Shown piece after piece: positions 12,401 to 64,000 of a stretch of DNA of 64,000 nucleotides. This stretch comes from Vicinamibacteria bacterium (GTDB lineage: Bacteria; Acidobacteriota; Vicinamibacteria; Marinacidobacterales; Marinacidobacteraceae), in contig OY821641.1 of assembly GCA_963555995.3 (NCBI GenBank), positions 3,360,001 to 3,424,000 of the forward strand, written 5' to 3'. The notes beneath the pieces are model-generated. The model was not told where the DNA came from. It did not search any database and worked only from the letters and a program-made list of their open reading frames with translations. A program made the position numbers and the translations under genes. Within the stretch, counting starts at the first letter, position 1, and each line of letters begins with the position of its first letter.

Positions 12401-15400
12401 GATTTCCCCCGAACCCAGCGCCAGCAGCACCTTGATCAGACCCGCAACCCCCGCCGCCCCCTCCAGGTGACCCACGTTCGTCTTCACCGAACCCAGCAGC
12501 AGCGGACGCTCCGGGTCCCGACCCTCCCGGTACGCCGACCCCGCCGCCACTACCTCCACCGGGTCTCCCAGCTCCGTCCCCGTCCCGTGCGCCTCCAGGT
12601 AGTCCACTTCCCACGGCTCCAACCCCGCACGCCCCAGCGCCTCCCCGATCACCCGCTCCTGCGCCGGGCCGTTCGGAACCGTCAAACCCGCGCTCGCCCC
12701 GTCCTGGTTCACCGCCGAGCCCAGCAACACCCCCAGCACCCGGTCCCCGTCACGCTCCGCATCCGACAAACGCTTCAGCACCACCATCCCGCACCCCTCG
12801 CCCCGCACGAACCCGTCCGCCGACGCGTCGAACGTCTTGCAGCATCCGTCCGACGCCAGCATCCCCGCGTCGGCGAACATCTCCGTCACTCCCGAGAGCA
12901 GGATCGCGTTCACTCCCCCCGCCAGCGCCAGGTCCGCCTCCCCCTGCAGCAGCCCCATCGCCGCCTGGTGCACCGCTACCAGCGACGACGAACACGCCGT
13001 GTCCACCGTGATCGCCGGACCCTCCAGACCCAGCGCGAACGAAACCCGTCCCACCGCCGTCGAGAACGACACTCCGCTACCCCGATAGAGACTCCGCGAG
13101 GGATCGCTGACACCCGCCACCAACTCCCGGTAGTCGTTGTTCATCATCCCCCCGTACACCCCGGCCCGGCTCCCCCGGAGGCCGCCCGGGTCCAGCCCCG
13201 CGTCCTCCAGCGCCGCCCAGCTCACCTCCAGCAGCAAGCGCTGCTGCGGGTCCAGCAACTCCGCCTCCGACGGCGCGATCCGGAAAAAACCCGCATCGAA
13301 TCGGTCCAGCCCCTCCACATACGCCCCATACGGACGCGCCGACTCCGTCTCCGCATCCACGTAGAGCCCATCCGGACGGCCCCGCGTCACCGCAAACCCC
13401 CCCGAACGCAGCAACTCCCCGAATCCCCTCAGGTCCGCACCCCCCGGAAAACGGCACGCCATCCCCACCACCGCAACCCGATCCGCTGCCGACGGACGCG
13501 CCACCAGACCCACCCGCCGGACCTCCGCCGCCGGCTCGCCCCACCCCAACGCACCCGCCAGGTGCCGCCCCAGACGCAACGCGTCCGGATGGTCGAACAC
13601 CGCCGTGTTCGACATCGTCAACACCCCGCCCAACGCCCGGTTCACCCGGTTCCGCAACTCCACCGCCATCAGCGAGTCCATCCCCAGCTCGAAGAAACCC
13701 GCATCCGCCGCCGGCCACGACCGCAGTCGCAGCACCGACGCCAGCTCCTCCCGCAAGAACTCCACCAGCGCCGTCTCGCGCTCCGCCGCCGGCAGCCCCC
13801 GCAGGCGCTCCCCCAGGTCCCCGCGCACCCCCCGCTCCTCCAACCCCTCCGCACGCACCAGCTCTTCCAGCAACGGCGGCGGCGACGACAGCGACGTCCA
13901 GTCCACCGACGCCGCAACGCTCCTCCCCACGTCCGCACGCACCAGCCGCGTCAGCGCCTCCAACCCGCGCTCCGGCGCCATCCACCCCTCCCCATACGCC
14001 GCGATCCGATCCGCGATCCGATCCCGCTGCTCCTCTGCCTCCCCCACGCCCGACCACGCCCCCCACGCGATCGCCTGACCCGCCAAACCACGCGAGCGCC
14101 GGTGCGCCGCCAACTGGTCCAGGAACGCATTCGCCGCCGCGTGGTTCGCCTGACCCGCGTTCCCGAACACCCCCGCCGCGCTCGAAAACAGCACGAACAG
14201 CTCCAGCTCCCGGTCCTCCGTCGCCCGGTGCAACCGCCACGCCCCCAGAACCTTCGGCCACAGCACCTCCTCGAAACGCCCCCAGTCCAGGTTCACCAGC
14301 GCCCCGTCCGACAGAACCCCCGCGCAGTGGATCACCCCTCCCAGCGCCGGCAGCTCCTCCTCCACCCGCCCCAGCATCGCCGTCACCGCATCCCCGTCCG
14401 TCACGTCCGCAATCTCCACCCGAACCTCCACCCCCCGACCCCGCAGGCTCTCCACCGCCGCTTCCGCCGCCGCATCCGGCGACCGGCGACCGTTCAGCAC
14501 CACCGCACCCGCACCCCGCTCGCCCAGCCAGCCCGCGACCGCCAGACCAATGCCCCCCAGGCCCCCCGTCACCAGGTAACTCCGGTCATTCCGCACCCGC
14601 GTCCCCGCCGACGCCGCCTCCGAACCCGCCGGAAGCCGCACCAGCCGCGGCACCCGCCGCTCGCCTCCCCGCAACGCAACCCGTGGCTCCCCGTCCGGCC
14701 ACACCAACTCGTCCGCCAACCGCTCCGCCGCGAACGGCCCCGCCGGGTCCACATCCACCAGCCGGACGTTCAGGTCCCGGTGCTCCAGCCCCGCCACCGC
14801 TCCCAGCCCCCACAGCGACGCGCCCGACAGCCCGCCCTCCTGCTCCCCGCCCAACACCTGTCCCCCCCGCGTCACCAGCCACAGACCCGAGGCCGGCGCC
14901 GTCCCCGCATCCGACATCCCCTGCAACAGACCCAATACCCCCGAACCCAACTCGCGCAGCCGCCGCTCCAACTCCTCCACCGTCGCCCCCGCCTCGTCTT
15001 CACCGACTCCCGAAACGTCCACCACCCCTCGCAACCGCTCCTTCCCATCCAGCTCCCCGAAGAACGACTCCCACGCTTCCCGCTCCCCGCCCGCCGGTCC
15101 GCGCCGGACCTCCTGGCCCCGACGCGAAAGCTCCTCCGCCAACTCCGCCGCCACCGCCCCTTCCCCCGACAGCACGAACAGGCCCCGCTCCCCCGCAACC
15201 TCCGCCGGACCCCGCGCCGCCAGCACCACCTGATCCCCCGCCTCCCCCACCAGCGCAACCTCCCCATACCCCGCCTCCGACAGCGCCCGGCTCCACGCCT
15301 CACGCCCCACCAGCGCGTAGTCCGACCGATACCCGTCCGCGAAACGCCACCAACCCGGAAGCAGTCCGAACGTCAGGTCCAGCCAGCCCCGCCGCTCCGT

Positions 15401-18400
15401 CCCCTCCAGCAGCAACAACAATCCCGACGGCGCCAGCAACCGACGGCAGTGCGCCAGCGACTCCTCCAGGTCCCGCGTCGCGTACAGCACGTTCGCCGCC
15501 ACCACCACGTCGAAACCGTGCTCCCCGAACCCCTGCGCCAACGGGTCCCGCTCGATGTCCAGGACCCGATACCTCACCTCCGCGCCCGACCCCCCGAAAC
15601 GCCGCTCCGCCGACGACAGGAAACCCGCCGACACGTCCGTGAACTCGTACTCCGTCCGACCCGACGGCAACTCCGCCAGCACCGCTCCCGTCGTCGCCCC
15701 CGTCCCCGCTCCCACCTCCAGGATCCGAAGACGCCGGCCCTCCGGCAGACCCGTGACCGCCGCCCCCACCGCCGCTCCCACCAGGCGGTTCAGCACCCGC
15801 GCCCCCGGTGACCGCCAATACAGCTCCGCCGCGCCCGCTCCCCCCTCACCGAACAGCAACTCCACCGCGTCCGCACGCCCCCGCAACACCTCCGACAGCC
15901 ATGCCCCGCAGCGCTCCAGAACCTCACCCTCCACCGAATCCCCACCCGCCCCCGGCGCCGAAACCCCCGCCGGCAGCGGCTCCGCCGAGCCCACCGTCAC
16001 CAGCCATTCCCCCGCTACGTCCCGCGCCAGCACACCCCCCTCCTCCAGCAGCGCCAGCAACCGACCGAACAGGCGCCCGTGCTCCCCCGTCACCTTCAAC
16101 GCACGACGCAACCCCTCCTCCGATACCCGGTCGCCCGATGACCGCTCCCAACCCAACTCCTCGAGCGCCCGCAGCGCATACCAGCGCGACTCCCGCTCCA
16201 GCGCCTCCCCCGCCGAAGCCAGCGCCCCCGCCTCCAACCCCTCCGCCGACAAGTACGCATCCACCGAACCCACCGACGACGCAACCTCCGACGGACCCTC
16301 CAGGAACTCCGCCGAACGCAACCCCACCGGCGGCCCCGAGCGCCAATCCACCTCATACAGCAACTCCCCGACCCCCACCCCCAGGAGCGCCGAGCGGCCC
16401 GCCCGCTTCAGCGTCAAACCCGATACCTCGCCCAACACCTCCCCACCCGCGCCATACAGCGCCAGGTCCGCCTTCCTCACCTCACCCGGTCCGCTCCCCT
16501 CCCGCAGCCGTGCGTGGCACCGCAGCCGGCCCGGGAGGCGACCACAAACCCACAGCCGCTCCCAGCCCCACGGAAGCCATACCTCCTCCCCCTCCAGATC
16601 CCCCCACGCCCCCGACAGAACCTGGAAACACCCGTCCAGAAGCACCGGGTGCGCCCGGAGGCCCTCCGCCGCCAGCGCCGGCGGCAGTGAAACCTCTCCC
16701 AACGCCTCGCCAACGCCTCGCCACAGCGCCCCCAGCGACCGGAACGCCGGGCCGTAGGCGAACCCGGCGGACGCCAGTCGCCCATACAGGTCCGGGACCG
16801 CGACCGGGCTCAACTTCTCGCGCAGCGCATCGAGCTCCGCCGCTTCCGCGCCGCCGCCGCCCGCGCCCCAGCGCCCCTCCGCGTGCAACTCCCAGGCCTC
16901 CCCTCCGACGCCCTCCCGGCTCGCTACCTCGAAGCTCTCACCTCCCGACACCACCTGCACCGTCCGGTACGCGTCGCCCCGGAACACCAGCGGCCGGCCG
17001 AATTGCACCTCCGTGACCGCCACCACTCCCGACTCCCCGTCCTCCCCAGCACGCTCCCCGAACGCCTCCAACGCCTGCGACGCATACAGCGCCCCCGGCG
17101 CCAGCGCCTCCCCATACACCCGGTGCTCCCCCAACCAGTCCGGATCTCCCGCGCTCAGCTCCCGCTCCCACGAAATCTCCCCCCCGCGGGAGTCCCGCCG
17201 CTCCCCCAGCAGCGGGTGCCCCGCCGGCCGCCGCGCCTTCGCCCCCTCCACCCAGTACCGCTCCCGCTGGAACGGATACGTCGGCACCGACACCCGACGA
17301 CGCTCCTCCCCCGCATACAGCCCCTCGAACGCCACCGGCAGTCCCGCCTCGTACGCCGCCCCCACCACCCGAACCCAGCCCTCGCTCCCCCCTTCGGACG
17401 GAAACGACAGCACCCGCAGGCCCGCGTCTGACGGCCACCCCGACGACGCCCGTTCGCCCAGTCCTCCCGACAGGCCCACCTCCACCAGCAGGCCCACTCC
17501 CAGACCCGACAGCGTCTCCAGCGCCCTCCCGAAGCGCACCTCACCTCCCACCCCCGAACCCCAGGTTCCGGCCTCCGGCGCTCCTTTCACCAGACGACCG
17601 CTCGCGCCGCGCACCAGCGGCACGTCCGGCGGCGACAGCGCCCCCTCGAATTCACGGCCCAGCGCCAGCCCCAGCCCGCCCTCCAGATCCACCACCCCCG
17701 ACGCACGCGCCGCCGCCGGCTCGCCCGCACCACAACCCCAGACCACCCCCGGAACCACCCCCACGCTCGCCCACAGCGCCGTCAGACCCGCCTGCAGCGC
17801 ATACCGCGCCGCCATCTCCAACTCCGCGTCCTCCTCCGCTTCCGACCAGGCCGCCGGCGGCGGGACCGCGTCTCCCAGCGCCGCCGCGCAGCGGTCCACC
17901 ACCTCGCGGAACGCCGGCTCGCTCTCATACAACGCCCGCCCCAGATCCGACCATCCGCCGCTCTCTCCCCCGTAGAGGAACGCGACCTTCCCCGCCGACG
18001 ACTCCCGACCCCCACCCCCTTCCGCTACCTGCCGCAGCCCCGCGCGCAGCGTGTCCTCGTCCCGGAACACCACCCCCGCGCGCCAACCGAAGTGGCTCCG
18101 CCCCACCCCCGCCGTCCACGCCGCGTCCGCCAGCGGCCCATCCACCGTCAACCACTCCCCGTAGCGGCCCGCCAACTCCCGCAGCGCCCCCGCGCTCCTC
18201 CCCGACAGCGGCAGCAGCCGCACCTCCCGCTCCCGGAGCGCCGGCGCCTCCGCCGGCGCCGCAACCGCCGTCGCTTCCCCGGCCGGAGGCCGGAACTCTT
18301 CCACGATGACGTGCGCGTTCGTCCCCGAGAACCCGAACGAGCTCACCGCCGCCCGGCGCGGGCGGTCCGACCCCGCGGGCCAGGGCGTCGGCTCCGACAC

Positions 18401-19622
18401 CACCCGCACCGGAAGCCGATCCCAGGGGATCGCCGGACTGGGATTCCGGAAGTGCAGGTGCCTCGGAATCATGCCGGTCTCCAGCGAGAGCAGCACCTTG
18501 ATCAGGCCCGCCACTCCGGCGGCCGCCTCCAGGTGGCCCATGTTCGTCTTCACCGAACCGAGCAGCAGCGGGCGTTCCGCCGGCCGGTTCCGCCCGTAAA
18601 CCGAAGCCGCCGCCTGTATTTCGATGGGGTCCCCGAGCCTCGTCCCCGTGCCGTGCGCCTCCAGATAGTCCACCGATGCGGGTGGAATTCCGGCGCGTAC
18701 GAGCGCCGCTTCGATCACCCGAGCCTGCGCCGGTCCGCTCGGCACCGTAAGGCCGGCGCTGGCCCCGTCCTGATTCACCGCCGAACCCGCCAGCACGCCC
18801 AGAATCCGATGTCCGTCCGCGCGGGCGTCCGACAACCGCTTCAGCACCACGACGCCGCATCCCTCACCGCGCACGTACCCGTCCGCGGCGGCGTCGAACG
18901 TCTTGCAGCGTCCGTCCGCCGCCAACATCCCGGCGTCGTTCAGAATGCGGGTCAGACCCGGCGTCAGGATGAGGTTCACGCCGCCGGCCAACGCGAGGTC
19001 CGCATCGCCGGCCTGCAGCCCCGCGGCGGCCTGGTGCACCGCGACCAGCGACGAAGAACACGCCGTGTCCACCGCGATGGCGGGTCCCCGGAAGCCCAGC
19101 GTGAAGGCGACGCGGCCCACCGCGGTGGAGAGCGCGTTCCCGGTCAGCAGGTAGAGACCACCGGCGTCGTCGGCTGTCGAGGCCGCCGCCACCTCCCGAT
19201 AGTCGCCGCTGCTGATCCCGCCATACACCCCGGTACGGCTTCCGCGCAGGCGTTCCGGCGCCAGCCCGGCGTTCTCCAACGCCTCCCAGCAGGTCTCCAG
19301 CAGCAGCCGATGTTGCGGGTCGAGGAACTCCACCTCGACCGGCGCGATCCGGAAAAACTCCGCATCGAACTCCTCGACTTCCCCGAGAAACGCGCCCCAC
19401 TGCGACTCTCCTCCGGCGCCCGTCCGCCCACCGGCGCGAGGTCGCCGCCGACAGACCGTGTCCACTCCGTCCTCGAGCAGGCGCCGGAAAGCGTCCGTTC
19501 CCCGAGCACCGGGGAACACGCAGGCCGCGCCCACGATCGCCACCGGCTCCCGGAGCCGGGCGATCTCCCGCTTGCGGGCCTTGAGCTGGCCAACGAGCCG
19601 GCGCGTGAGGTCGCGCGGGAAT

Positions 19623-19636
<14 letters not shown>
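1..19636 (-). CDS. Second giant modular type I PKS, 3'-partial (>=6,545 aa, modules I-K plus start of KS L); absent from supplied ORF track
   Basis: Manual translation: ATG at 19636 (alternative in-frame ATG at 19642) gives MADAEFPRDLTRRLVGQLKARKREIARLREPVAIVGAACVFPG. The same frame holds at motifs 15482, 14141, 7112 and 1106 and at the edge ([16 protein letters not shown], positions 2-49). The track lists no stop-terminated ORF in this frame, consistent with an open frame to the edge. Confidence 0.95.
7..1000. repeat. Near-identical KR-tail/ACP/KS-start block (partner ~6001-7000, offset 5994; ACP part also ~13560-14000)
   Basis: Position 7 (gccccagcgcgaacgaaacacgtcccaccgccgtcgaggcc) equals 6001; shadow ORFs 582.., 6576.. 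and 13605.. are nearly identical. Confidence 0.85.
1160..2100. repeat. Near-identical psiKR-KR block, module K vs I (partner ~14195-15135, offset 13035)
   Basis: Shared ER-less junction (ccggtcattccgcacccgcgtccccgccgacgccgcctccgaacccgccggaagccg) at ~1546 and ~14582. Confidence 0.85.
2080..3085. repeat. Near-identical MT block, module K vs J (partner ~9052-10057, offset 6972); module I copy (~15115-16120) slightly more diverged
   Basis: Shadow ORFs 2520.., 9492.. and 15555.. begin with near-identical translations; direct DNA comparison at both ends. Confidence 0.85.
6530..13485 (-). other. Module J: KS-AT0-DH-cMT-ER-KR(His)-ACP
   Basis: Manual translation: KS triad intact; AT WGCGAGEL; DH EHRVYGEALAP; MT NVLHAT; ER AAGVNFLDV and LIHAGTGGVG; KR GQANHAAAN (7112); ACP GMDSL. 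Confidence 0.87.
13560..19550 (-). other. Module I: KS-AT0-DH-cMT*(His->Tyr)-KR(His)-ACP
   Basis: Manual translation: KS DTACSSS/HGTGT/KTNMGHLE; AT WGCGAGEP; DH EHRVYGEALAP; MT LEVGAGTG but NVLYAT (15482); no ER (…AGTRVRNDRSYLVTGG); KR GQANHAAAN (14141). Confidence 0.87.

Positions 19637-64000
<44,364 letters not shown>

Overview
The window is 100% coding and lies inside a giant modular type I PKS operon on the minus strand. CDS1 (19623..>64000) encodes at least 14,791 aa and is open past the window edge; the ORF track's 'M' at 63938 is an internal GTG inside a KS. CDS2 (<1..19636) encodes at least 6,545 aa and is missing from the ORF track because it has no stop in the window. It overlaps the CDS1 stop by 14 nt, and the two are joined by docking-domain-like termini. 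In transcription order I read 12 KS-defined modules (AT* = full-length but missing one catalytic residue, AT0 = truncated, MT*/KR0 = catalytic residues lost). CDS1: A KS(part)-AT*-KR-ACP; B KS-AT0-ACP; C KS-AT0-DH-MT-ER-KR-ACP; D KS-AT0-DH-KR-ACP; E KS-AT0-DH-ER-KR-ACP; F KS-AT*-DH-MT-ER-KR-ACP; G KS-AT*-DH-KR-ACP; H KS-AT0-DH-MT-ER-KR-ACP. CDS2: I KS-AT0-DH-MT*-KR-ACP; J KS-AT0-DH-MT-ER-KR-ACP; K KS-AT0-DH-MT-KR0-ACP; L KS(part). Four points stand out. (1) None of the 11 AT domains keeps both catalytic residues and 8 have lost a large internal segment, while KS, DH and ACP motifs are intact. This looks like a cis-AT line caught converting to trans-acylation. (2) The KR catalytic Tyr is His in 5 of 6 MT-bearing modules (Asp in the dead sixth) and Tyr in all 4 MT-less modules. 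(3) Alternating methylating/fully reducing and alkene-forming modules predict a C5H8 isoprene-isomer repeat. (4) There is a 2,727-bp apparently perfect internal duplication plus mosaic near-identical blocks with extreme G-rich codon skew. No RNA genes, mobile elements, CRISPR, TE domain or free-standing AT were seen. Domain boundaries are approximate, read by eye from motifs; no database searches were run.
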